A stretch of DNA of 64,000 nt, taken from NCBI GenBank assembly GCA_028872875.1, contig JAGWOC010000009.1, positions 1,806 through 65,805 of the forward strand, written 5' to 3'. The notes under the pieces were generated by a model. That model was not told where the DNA came from. It saw only the letters and a program-made list of their open reading frames with translations, and did no database searches. The stretch comes from Chloroflexota bacterium. GTDB lineage: Bacteria; Chloroflexota; Dehalococcoidia; DSTF01; JACRBR01. Below, piece after piece: positions 9,027 to 16,937 of the stretch. Made by a program: the position numbers and the translations under genes. Within the stretch, counting starts at the first letter, position 1. Each line of letters opens with the position of its first letter.

Positions 9027-10169
9027 CTACGTGCCGCCGCGCGGCTGCCGCCCCTTGCTCTGGCTCCGCCCGCCAGTGCCCCGGCGCCGGCTCGGCTGGA
9101 CGCGCGGCGGCTCTCCCGGCGCTTTCGGGAACTGCGGCGGCCAGGGAGCATCCCCCAGCCCCTCGCGCTCCTGCCGCCGCACCAGCTCGAGCAGTGGTTC
9201 GAGGGAGTAGGCCACGTCGTCGATGCTGGCCGCCGGGTCGCCCCGCTCGTGAAAGCGCCGGGGCACGGTGGCCAGCGTGAAGTCCGCGGGGTCCGCGCCG
9301 GGCACGTCGTCCCACTCGAGCGGGCACGAGACGCGCGCGTCGGGCAGCGGCCGCACCGAGTACGCCGACGCCACCGTGCGGTCGCGCGCGTTCTGGTTGT
9401 AGTCGATGAAGACGCCGTGGCGCTCTTCCTTCCACCACGCGGTCGTCGCCAGCGCAGGCATGCGGCGCTCGACCTCCCGCCCGAGCGCCAGCGCGCAGCG
9501 GCGCACGTCGCTGAACCCCCAGCGCGCCTCGACGCGCACATTGATGTGGATGCCGCGCGATCCCGAGGTCTTTGGATAGCCACGCAGTCCCAGATCCTTG
9601 AGCAGCTCGCCCACGCCGAGCGCGACGCGCCGCACGTCGTCGAACGTCGCCTCGGGCGTTGGGTCAAGGTCGATGCGCAGCTCATCCGGGTGGTCGACAT
9701 CGCGGGCGCGCACCGGCCACGGGTTGAGGTCGATGCAGCCGAGATTGACCACCCAGGCGAGATCCGCAGGCTCATCGCACACCACGAGATCCGCGCTGCG
9801 CCCGCTCGGGAATGTGATCCGTGCCGTCTCGATCCACGGCGGCCGCCGCTGCGGCGCGCGCTTCTGGAAGAAGGGCTCGCCCGTGGCGCCGTCCGGGAAG
9901 CGTTTCAGTACCATCGGCCGACGCATGACACCGCGCAGGGCGCCGGGCGCCACGGCGAGGTAGTAGCGGACGAGGTCCAGCTTGGTGTAGCCGGGCTCCG
10001 GGAAGAAGAGCTTGTCCGGGTGTGTAACTGTGACCGTGCGCCCGCCGGCCTCGATTTCGACCGGGTCTTGAGCCAGATGCGCCTCCTCCGCGGCGCCGGC
10101 AGACACCCGCGCCGCCCGCGCACACTCTACGGCACGGGCGGCGCCTCGTGGGCGCACGGCGGGTGTCAC
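9027..10169 (-). CDS. Stand-alone LigD-type primase-polymerase (NHEJ Pol domain)
   Basis: Archaeo-eukaryotic primase-like motifs: GRTVTVTHPDKLFFPE, KTSGSRGIHINVRV, FIDYNQN; start uncertain (long N-terminal extension in the ORF). Confidence 0.8.
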   Translation of the reverse strand: MTPAVRPRGAARAVECARAARVSAGAAEEAHLAQDPVEIEAGGRTVTVTHPDKLFFPEPGYTKLDLVRYYLAVAPGALRGVMRRPMVLKRFPDGATGEPFFQKRAPQRRPPWIETARITFPSGRSADLVVCDEPADLAWVVNLGCIDLNPWPVRARDVDHPDELRIDLDPTPEATFDDVRRVALGVGELLKDLGLRGYPKTSGSRGIHINVRVEARWGFSDVRRCALALGREVERRMPALATTAWWKEERHGVFIDYNQNARDRTVASAYSVRPLPDARVSCPLEWDDVPGADPADFTLATVPRRFHERGDPAASIDDVAYSLEPLLELVRRQEREGLGDAPWPPQFPKAPGEPPRVQPSRRRGTGGRSQSKGRQPRGGT

Positions 10170-10184
10170 GGGTCCATGCGTTCC

Positions 10185-10213
10185 TTGACACTAGTCGGGG
10201 GCGATGCTAGATT
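10185..10213 (+). promoter_or_regulatory. Sigma-70-like promoter candidate TTGACA-17-TAGATT upstream of the cytochrome bc operon
   Basis: ttgaca at 10185-10190, 17-nt spacer, tagatt at 10208-10213. Confidence 0.4.
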
Positions 10214-10306
10214 CCCGCTTGATACGAGATTCACAAGCAGCGTTCCAACGAAGCCCAGCCACCGTGATGCCGTGCTGGGCCTTCTGGTGCGCTATGGGGG
10301 CATCAG

Positions 10307-10432
10307 TTGGAATTGCTCTGGACGGTTCCTGTGCCGTGGGCGCCAGATGCCCTGGAGCTCGTGTACGTGCTCGCCACCATCCTCATCTCGCTCGGGCTGA
10401 TGGTGGCGTTCGGCGCCTGGTGGTCGCGCTAG
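10307..10432 (+). CDS. Candidate unannotated mini-ORF encoding a single-TM peptide ([41 protein letters not shown]) just upstream of cytochrome b6; start TTG 10307 or GTG 10331
   Basis: Hydrophobic 20-residue helix, SD-like GGGGG upstream of the TTG, stop 17 nt before the cyt b6 start; not in the ORF track (<60 aa). Confidence 0.3.
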   Translation: MELLWTVPVPWAPDALELVYVLATILISLGLMVAFGAWWSR

Positions 10433-10448
10433 GCAGGGGAGGTCTCCG

Positions 10449-11204
10449 ATGGCGATGACGGAGCAGCCGAAGGGTCCGGGGCTGGGGGACTGGCTCTACG
10501 ACCGGCTCTTCCACAACTACATCTGGAGCTCCGTCTTCCGGTCCGGGTACCCGAACACGCCGCGCAACCAGATGCTGGCGATCGCCACCAACGTCTTCCT
10601 GCACCTGCATCCCACCAGGATCCACAAGACCCACGTGAAGATCACGCACACGTACTGCCTCGGTGGTCTGAGCTTCTTCATGTTCCTGGGCCTCACCGTC
10701 ACCGGCGTGATGCTCATGTTCTACTACGTGCCCGACGTCAACCGCGCGTTCAACGACGTGCAGGCGCTCGAGACCAACGTCCGCTTCGGCATGCTGATCC
10801 GCAACCTGCACCGCTGGATGGCCCACGCGATGGTGCTGCTCGTGCTGATGCACATGATGCGCGTGTTCTACACCGGCGCCTACAAGCCGCCGCGCGAGTT
10901 CAACTGGGTTGTCGGCGTCATCCTGCTCGTGCTGACGCTGCTGCTCTCGTTCACCGGCTACCTGTTGCCGTGGGACCAGCTCGCGCTCTGGGCGATCACG
11001 GTGGGCACGAACATCGCCGGCGCCGCGCCGATCCTCGGCGGGCAGTCACGGCTGGTGCTGATCGGCGGCTTCGATGTCGGTCCCAACGCGCTGATACGCT
11101 TCTATACGCTCCACGTCATCGCGCTGCCGCTGCTCGCGGCGATCTTCATGTCGGTGCACTTCTGGCGCATCCGCCGCGACGGCGGTCTGGCGCGGCCGCT
11201 TTAG
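10449..11204 (+). CDS. Cytochrome b6-type cytochrome b (N-terminal 4-helix half, heme-binding) of a bc/b6 complex
   Basis: Conserved His ligands in context [11 protein letters not shown]... and [26 protein letters not shown]; split from subunit IV as in b6f/Bacillus-type complexes. Confidence 0.9.
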   Translation: MAMTEQPKGPGLGDWLYDRLFHNYIWSSVFRSGYPNTPRNQMLAIATNVFLHLHPTRIHKTHVKITHTYCLGGLSFFMFLGLTVTGVMLMFYYVPDVNRAFNDVQALETNVRFGMLIRNLHRWMAHAMVLLVLMHMMRVFYTGAYKPPREFNWVVGVILLVLTLLLSFTGYLLPWDQLALWAITVGTNIAGAAPILGGQSRLVLIGGFDVGPNALIRFYTLHVIALPLLAAIFMSVHFWRIRRDGGLARPL

Positions 11205-11223
11205 GGCGCGGGAGGAGCGAACG

Positions 11224-12345
11224 ATGGCGGTAGCAGCACCGGCCGGCAGCGCCCGCGAGTCCGTCCGCCTGAAGCGCGAGCGCGACCAGGAGGTGCTCGT
11301 CTGGCCGGATCTCGTCTTCATCGAGTTCATCGCGGCCGTCCTCTTCACGATCACGTTCGTCGTGCTGGCGACGTTTTTCAACGCGCCGCTGCTCAACAAG
11401 GCGAACCCGAACGTCACGCCGAACCCCTCGAAGGCGCCGTGGTACTTCATGAACCTGCAGGAGCTGCTCCTGCACATGGACAAGGGCCTCGCCGGCGTCA
11501 TCGTGCCGACCATGCTCCTGATCGGCCTCATGGTGATCCCCTACGTCGACCGCGACAACGAGGGCCAGGGGACCTGGTTCGGGACGGTCAACTCCGTGCG
11601 CATCACCTTCTTCAGCTTCGTCTGGTCGGGCGTCTGGATCAGTTGGCTGATCCTGTGGGACAACGGTAGCCAGGTGCTGGTCTACCAGCACCTGCCACAG
11701 CTCTGGGGCAGCAACGAACGCCTGAAGTGGCTCGGCGACAAGAATCCGTTCAAGGGCTGGCCCGTCGAGGGCGTGCTGAAGCCGATCTGGGACTTCATCT
11801 TCCTGCCGAACCGGCTCGCGATCCGCGACACGTGGCACTGGAGCTTGCCGGTCCCGTTCCAGCCGGGCGCCGGGCCGCATGACGGGCGCCTCGACTGGCC
11901 GAAGGACTTCTTGCAGATCCCCATCCCCCTCAACGGCACCTGGGGCTGGAACTGGGGCGGCAAGCCGAACTGGATGCCTGGCTGGCTCCAGCACGTCTAC
12001 CCCTACAACTCGGACTTCAGCCTCCCCGCGATCACGGCCGAGTGGATCGTGCCGATCATCGCCATGGTGGGTCTGCCCGCGCTGATGATCTACATCCTCC
12101 ACAAGATTGGCTGGGCGCACACCGTGCGCGACGCCATGATCGCGCTCTTCACCGGCTTCATCGTCGTCTATTTCGCGCTGACGATTGTGGGCGCCGCCTT
12201 CCGCGGCAAGGGCCAAGCTCTCGTGCCCCCGTACCGCGTACCGAACCTTGAGAAGGACCCCAGCATCCTGCGGCAGGTGGAGCCGCCGCCGTCGCACCTG
12301 GTGCTGGCCGATCCGCGGGTCGTGGTGCGTGCGCGTGATGGCTGA
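11224..12345 (+). CDS. Cytochrome bc complex subunit IV-like protein with ~250-aa C-terminal extension (extra TM helices and a Trp-rich loop)
   Basis: PDLVFIEFIAAVLF, APWYFMNLQELL (PEWY-like), GVIVPTMLLIGLMVIPYV correspond to subunit IV helices; extension contains GWNWGGKPNWMPGW and three further hydrophobic helices. Confidence 0.8.
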   Translation: MAVAAPAGSARESVRLKRERDQEVLVWPDLVFIEFIAAVLFTITFVVLATFFNAPLLNKANPNVTPNPSKAPWYFMNLQELLLHMDKGLAGVIVPTMLLIGLMVIPYVDRDNEGQGTWFGTVNSVRITFFSFVWSGVWISWLILWDNGSQVLVYQHLPQLWGSNERLKWLGDKNPFKGWPVEGVLKPIWDFIFLPNRLAIRDTWHWSLPVPFQPGAGPHDGRLDWPKDFLQIPIPLNGTWGWNWGGKPNWMPGWLQHVYPYNSDFSLPAITAEWIVPIIAMVGLPALMIYILHKIGWAHTVRDAMIALFTGFIVVYFALTIVGAAFRGKGQALVPPYRVPNLEKDPSILRQVEPPPSHLVLADPRVVVRARDG

Positions 12346-12460
12346 CGAAGCGACCAACGAACTTCAATCACCGCTTGGTACCCTGATGGTGACAGCAGTG
12401 AAGCCGCCGCCGCTCCTGCTGGTCGATGCGAGAACGCCGGCAGGTGGACGTGATGGCTGA
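12338..12460 (+). other. 41-codon ORF (MADEATNELQSPLGTLMVTAVKPPPLLLVDARTPAGGRDG) whose first 17 nt duplicate the Rieske gene start; likely duplication remnant
   Basis: cgtgatggctgacgaag occurs at 12334-12350 and 12449-12465; both ORFs begin MADE(A/V)T and each previous ORF ends GRDG-stop. Confidence 0.3.
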
Positions 12461-13229
12461 CGAAGTGACCGAAACACCGCAAGCCGAAGGGGGCGCGCCG
12501 GAGCAGCGGGCCGCTGACCCGCCCCCGGCAAGCAAGCCTGTGCCCGCCCGCGCAGCGTCCGGCGCGGTCGCGGCGACGCCCGCTGGCCACGCGATCGTCG
12601 TCGCGCAGCCGGCACCGGTTGGGCCGGTTCTGCCCAAGGTGTCGCGCCGTGGCGTCCTGCGGATCGGCTTCTGGGCCGGCCTCGGTGTCATGCTGGCATC
12701 GATTGGTACGACCATCATCTATAGCCTTTACCCGGAACGCCGCCTGGTGCCTGGCGGCCAGCAGTTGTTCGGCACGAGCGAGGTCAGCCCCTTCGGGAGC
12801 CAGATCAGCGTGGGCCCTGTCAGCCAGTTCGAGGATGGGAAGCCTGTGCACAACCTCGACGCGCGGGCCTGGATCATGAAGTTCGACAAGCACCACGCGG
12901 ACATCGAGAATCAGGCCGGCAATCACGTCAAGCCGGGCGCCATCCTCGCGCTCTACCAGAAGTGCCCGCACCTCGGTTGCACCGTCCCCTGGCGCGCGGA
13001 CTTCACGTGGACCGACGACCGCCCCGGTGTGAACCAGACGTACTCGGGATGGTTCCGCTGCCCGTGCCACGGCTCGACCTACACCTTTGGCGGCGTGCGC
13101 GTCTTCGGCCCCGCGCCACGTTCGATGGACACCTTCGCGATCGCCGTCACGAACGGCAACCTCGTGGTCGATACGGGCAAGATCACACTCGGTGACACGC
13201 ATGACCCCAACCGGGCGATCATGCCATGA
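12453..13229 (+). CDS. Rieske [2Fe-2S] iron-sulfur subunit of the bc complex
   Basis: Box I CPHLGC and box II CPCHGS; N-terminal TM anchor GFWAGLGVMLASIGTTIIY. Confidence 0.85.
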   Translation: MADEVTETPQAEGGAPEQRAADPPPASKPVPARAASGAVAATPAGHAIVVAQPAPVGPVLPKVSRRGVLRIGFWAGLGVMLASIGTTIIYSLYPERRLVPGGQQLFGTSEVSPFGSQISVGPVSQFEDGKPVHNLDARAWIMKFDKHHADIENQAGNHVKPGAILALYQKCPHLGCTVPWRADFTWTDDRPGVNQTYSGWFRCPCHGSTYTFGGVRVFGPAPRSMDTFAIAVTNGNLVVDTGKITLGDTHDPNRAIMP

Positions 13230-13284
13230 GCGTTGAAGCCGTACTGCACCTCGTCGTCCGGAGGGGCGGCCTGAAGGCAACGAG

Positions 13285-14400
13285 ATGAACACAAGCAAGC
13301 AGATCAACATCATGATCCTGCTCGTGTTCGTGGCGGTCATCGCGGCCGGCGCGTACACGATCTGGGATCCGACTCGCGCCAGCGAGGCGAGGACGCGCCA
13401 GCTCCAGTTGACCCTGGACCGCGGCGCCTACTTGTTCGCGCAGAACTGCCGCGCCTGCCACGGGGACGCGGGCGAGGGCGGCGCCAAAGGGAACCGGCTC
13501 GTCCTCGCGCCGCCCCTGAACCGCCTCGACCTCCAGGGGCGCAAGACGGCGGGCGGCCCTGTCGACCTGGCCGCACAGAACGCCGCCTATAAGCTCGTCT
13601 TCAACACGATCACCTGTGGCCGCGTTGGCAAGGCGATGCCGACGTGGGGGGACAGCCAGGGCGGGCCGCTCAATGCCGAGCAGATCACGGATCTGACGAT
13701 CTTCATTACGAACGGCACCGCCTGGGGCACGGCGGACACATACGCGAACGAACTCAGCAACACGAGTTTTCTGACGCTGACGAAGGCCCTTGACAGCACA
13801 TCGACCGTGGTCGCGATCAGCAACGTGACGCCCCTCGCGAAGGACACGTACATCAAGATCGACAACGAGCTGATGGACGTGACCGCGGTCGATAAGAGCG
13901 CGGGCACCGTGACCGTGCAGCGGCCGAGCGGCAACACGAAGGCGGCGGCGCACAAGGCCGGCGCCGAGGTGCTCGTCGAGCCGCCGATCCTCGACCCGAC
14001 GAAGGTTGCCATCACGCAGCCGGCCTGCGGCCAGTTGCTCCCGCCGGTGGTACCGACCACGACCGGCCCGGCCGGCACGCCGACGGCCGTCCCGACCCCT
14101 GCCGCCAACGCGCAGAAGATCACCATCGTCGGCGAGAACCTCCTGTTCGACAAGACGGCCATCACCGCCAACGCGACCGCGCCGATCACGATCACGTTCG
14201 ATAACAAGGACGCCGGTGTGCCGCACAACATCCAGTTCTTCAACGGCAACAGCAACACCGCACCGAGCATCGGCATGACAGAGATCGCGACGGGACCGGT
14301 GACGCAGACGCTGAGCCTGGGCACGCTCAAGCCGGGAACGTATTACTACCAGTGCGACGTGCACCCGACGACGATGTACGGCACGTTGACGGTCCAGTGA
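13285..14400 (+). CDS. Membrane-anchored monoheme cytochrome c fused via a Pro/Thr/Ala linker to a C-terminal type-1 copper cupredoxin (plastocyanin/amicyanin-like) domain
   Basis: N-terminal TM helix; CRACHG heme c motif; linker PPVVPTTTGPAGTPTAVPTPAAN; cupredoxin ligand set GVPHNIQF ... YYYQCDVHPTTMYGTLTV (His, Cys, His, Met). Confidence 0.8.
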   Translation: MNTSKQINIMILLVFVAVIAAGAYTIWDPTRASEARTRQLQLTLDRGAYLFAQNCRACHGDAGEGGAKGNRLVLAPPLNRLDLQGRKTAGGPVDLAAQNAAYKLVFNTITCGRVGKAMPTWGDSQGGPLNAEQITDLTIFITNGTAWGTADTYANELSNTSFLTLTKALDSTSTVVAISNVTPLAKDTYIKIDNELMDVTAVDKSAGTVTVQRPSGNTKAAAHKAGAEVLVEPPILDPTKVAITQPACGQLLPPVVPTTTGPAGTPTAVPTPAANAQKITIVGENLLFDKTAITANATAPITITFDNKDAGVPHNIQFFNGNSNTAPSIGMTEIATGPVTQTLSLGTLKPGTYYYQCDVHPTTMYGTLTVQ

Positions 14401-14491
14401 TCAGGCTTGACGCGCGGAAGCAGGCAACTCTAGACTTGAATCGCGGGCGCGCCGTTCCGGGGCGCCTCGGGCCGTCGAACGGAGGGACGTG

Positions 14492-14611
14492 GTGGCGAAC
14501 CAGGTAGGCAAGCGGTACCAGTGCGGCAAGTGCAACTCCGAGATGATCGTCACGAAGGCGGGCGATGGCCAGTTGTCCTGCTGCGGCCAGCCAATGCAGC
14601 AGAAGAACTAG
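14492..14611 (+). CDS. Desulforedoxin-like Cys4 metal-binding mini-protein (39 aa), first of tandem pair
   Basis: MANQVGKRYQCGKCNSEMIVTKAGDGQLSCCGQPMQQKN: CxxC...CC spacing as in desulforedoxin (VYKCELCG...LVCCGEDM); SD GGAGGG upstream; not in ORF track (<60 aa). Confidence 0.55.
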   Translation: MANQVGKRYQCGKCNSEMIVTKAGDGQLSCCGQPMQQKN

Positions 14612-14623
14612 GAGCAGCCGGGC

Positions 14624-14767
14624 ATGCCGAACCAGTTGGGCAAGCGATTCCAGTGCGAGGTCTGCGGGACCGAGGTCCTCTGCATCAAGCCGGGCGAGGG
14701 CCAGGTCGCGTGCTGCGCCGTGCCGATGCAGCTCCAGCAGCCGAAGGTGCTGCCCTCCGCCGACTGA
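14624..14767 (+). CDS. Desulforedoxin-like Cys4 metal-binding mini-protein (47 aa), second of tandem pair
   Basis: MPNQLGKRFQCEVCGTEVLCIKPGEGQVACCAVPMQLQQPKVLPSAD; SD AGGAG 8 nt upstream; paralogous to previous ORF. Confidence 0.55.
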   Translation: MPNQLGKRFQCEVCGTEVLCIKPGEGQVACCAVPMQLQQPKVLPSAD

Positions 14768-14849
14768 CCGTTTGCCGTCTCGTCCGAACCTGTAGGCGGC
14801 GGCCGCGAGGCCGTCGCGTTGCGGTTGAGGGCGCGCGCCCCACGGACCG

Positions 14850-16352
14850 ATGACGCTGTTCGACAACGCCCGCGTCCTGACGATGGATCCCGCGCCTCCG
14901 CGTGCGACAGCCGTGCTCGTGCGCGATGGCACGGTCGCGGCGGTCGGCGGTGACGCGCTTGCGGCATCGCCGGGCGCGCGGCACATCGACTGCGCGGGGG
15001 GCGTGCTCGCGCCGGCGTTCATTGATCCACACTGCCACCTGCTGGCGGCCGCCGCGCGGGCGTGTTCGGTCGACTGCTCGCCGGTGGCCGTCCGCTCGAT
15101 CGCGGAGATACAGGATCGCCTGCGGGAGGCGGCCGCGCGGACGCGGCCCGGGGCGTGGGTCCGCGCCGCCGGCTACGACGAGTCGCGCCTCGAAGAGCGC
15201 CGCCATCCAACGCGCCGCGACCTCGACGCCGCTGCATCGCGGCATCCCGTGCGCCTGCTGCATCGCAGCGGGCACGCGGTCGTCCTGAACACAGCCGCGC
15301 TCCGGCTCGCCGGCATCGCCGGCGACACGCCGGAGCCCGCCGGCGGCGTGATCGACCGCTTCGGCGACGATGGCGAGCCGTCGGGCCTGCTGCTCGAGAT
15401 GGGCGACGCCGTCGACCGCGTTGTGCCGCCGCTGCCGTACGAAGAGCTGGCGTCCGGTGTCGAGGCGGTCGCGCAGGCATTCCTCTCGGCCGGCGTGACC
15501 GCGATCTGCGATGCCACGCACACGAACGGCGCGCGCGAGTGGAACCTGTTCGCCCGCCTGCAGACGGAGCGCCGGCTCCCGCTCGATGTCACGCTGATGG
15601 AGGGGGCCGCGCACGCGGGCGAGATGCCCGAGGCGCCACTGGCCCACCTCCGCCGCGGCCACGTGAAGATCATGCTGAGCGAAGCCGGCGGGCTGACGCC
15701 GGACGAGGTCGAGCTCGCGCACATCGTCGCCGGCCTGCACGACGCCGGCCGTGATGTTGCCATCCACGCGGTCGAAGAGCGCGCGGTGGCTGCGGCGATC
15801 GCTGCGATCGAGGCGGCCGTGCGCAGAGGGCCGCGGCCGCACCGCCACCGCATCGAGCACGCTGCGCTGGCGCCGCGCGGCGGGGCGGCCCGCATGGCCC
15901 GCGCCGGCATCACCGTCGTCACCCAACCCGCGTTCCTGGGCCACAACGGCGACCGCTACCTGCGCGAGGTGCCGCCGGAGAAGCACAGGCGCCTGTACCC
16001 GATCGGCTCGCTGGCGCGGGCGGGGGTGCGCGTCGCCGCGAGCACGGACGCGCCGGTCGTGCCGGCGTCGCCGCTCGAGGGCGTGCGCGCGGCAGTGGAG
16101 CGGCGCGCGCCGTCCGGGGCGACCGTCGGGTCGGGGCAGGCTGTGCCGCTTACGCGCGCGCTAGCGATGTGGACGCGGGACGCGGCATGGGCGATCGGCG
16201 CGGAGCGGGAGCGCGGCCGTATCGCGCCGGGCATGGTTGCGGACTTCGTGTTGCTGAGCGAGGCATCGGAACGCGCGGAGGTCGTGGCGGTCTACGTGCG
16301 GGGAGATCTCGTCGCGCCGGTTCCCGTTGGAAGGTCCCATCTTCCCGTCTGA
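14850..16352 (+). CDS. Amidohydrolase-family metal-dependent hydrolase (amidohydrolase 3-like)
   Basis: N-terminal HxH metal motif FIDPHCHLL, conserved distal His/Asp positions, ~500 aa size. Confidence 0.8.
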   Translation: MTLFDNARVLTMDPAPPRATAVLVRDGTVAAVGGDALAASPGARHIDCAGGVLAPAFIDPHCHLLAAAARACSVDCSPVAVRSIAEIQDRLREAAARTRPGAWVRAAGYDESRLEERRHPTRRDLDAAASRHPVRLLHRSGHAVVLNTAALRLAGIAGDTPEPAGGVIDRFGDDGEPSGLLLEMGDAVDRVVPPLPYEELASGVEAVAQAFLSAGVTAICDATHTNGAREWNLFARLQTERRLPLDVTLMEGAAHAGEMPEAPLAHLRRGHVKIMLSEAGGLTPDEVELAHIVAGLHDAGRDVAIHAVEERAVAAAIAAIEAAVRRGPRPHRHRIEHAALAPRGGAARMARAGITVVTQPAFLGHNGDRYLREVPPEKHRRLYPIGSLARAGVRVAASTDAPVVPASPLEGVRAAVERRAPSGATVGSGQAVPLTRALAMWTRDAAWAIGAERERGRIAPGMVADFVLLSEASERAEVVAVYVRGDLVAPVPVGRSHLPV

Positions 16353-16399
16353 GGAGCGGCATAGTCATTGATGGCTGCGGGTCAAGTTGACACGCGATT

Positions 16400-16690
16400 C
16401 ACCGCGCCGATATACTCCCGAGCGTATACAGGCGACGAAGCGCGGCAGTAGGCCCGGATGCGCCTCGAAGCGAGCCGGTGATGGTGGAAGACCGGCAGGG
16501 CGGATGGGCCGAACTCAGCGTGGAGCCGCCGGGGTGAACATCGAGTAGCCCCGGCCGGGTCGCGACCGTTATCGCGCTCCGAGAGGCCCTCGCCGCGGCG
16601 AGGGCAAGAAGGGTGGCACCGCGGGCCATGACCCGTCCCTTTGTGGGCGGGTTTTTTCGTCCCCGGCGCTCCGAGGGCTCTGATGCCAAG
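16400..16690 (+). promoter_or_regulatory. Probable T-box riboswitch leader of the ilv-leu operon with intrinsic terminator
   Basis: AAGGGTGGCACCGCGG matches the T-box consensus (AANNNGGGTGGNACCGCGG) at ~16633-16648, followed by terminator hairpin cccgtccc-tttgt-gggcggg plus TTTTTT (16653-16680); candidate specifier GAA-CUC-A at 16511-16517. Confidence 0.55.
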
Positions 16691-16937
16691 GTCGATTCAT
16701 ACGGCTCCCCTGCTGGAGGTCACACCGGCCTCGGTGCGCCGCGCCCCGCGGACGCGCCGCGGCCGCGGCGTAGGCCTGTCTCTGCGCGCCGCGCGCGGCC
16801 CACGGCTCGCGGGCCTGCTCTCCGGCGCGCTCCTCTCCCTTTAGCGTCCCCTGGCCCGCCACGGGATCGCGGGGGATCGCCAGCCACCACGCAGACAACA
16901 CCGCCCGCCCGCGCGGGCAGAGATGAGGAGCGACGAT

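Noticed and set aside
10204-10458. 84-aa plus-strand ORF overlapping the proposed mini TM ORF in another frame
   Set aside because: Its product (MLDSRLIRDSQAAFQRS...[13 protein letters not shown]) is Arg/Ala-rich with no hydrophobic segment and runs into the cytochrome b start. The alternative frame gives a clean TM helix ending just before cyt b6.
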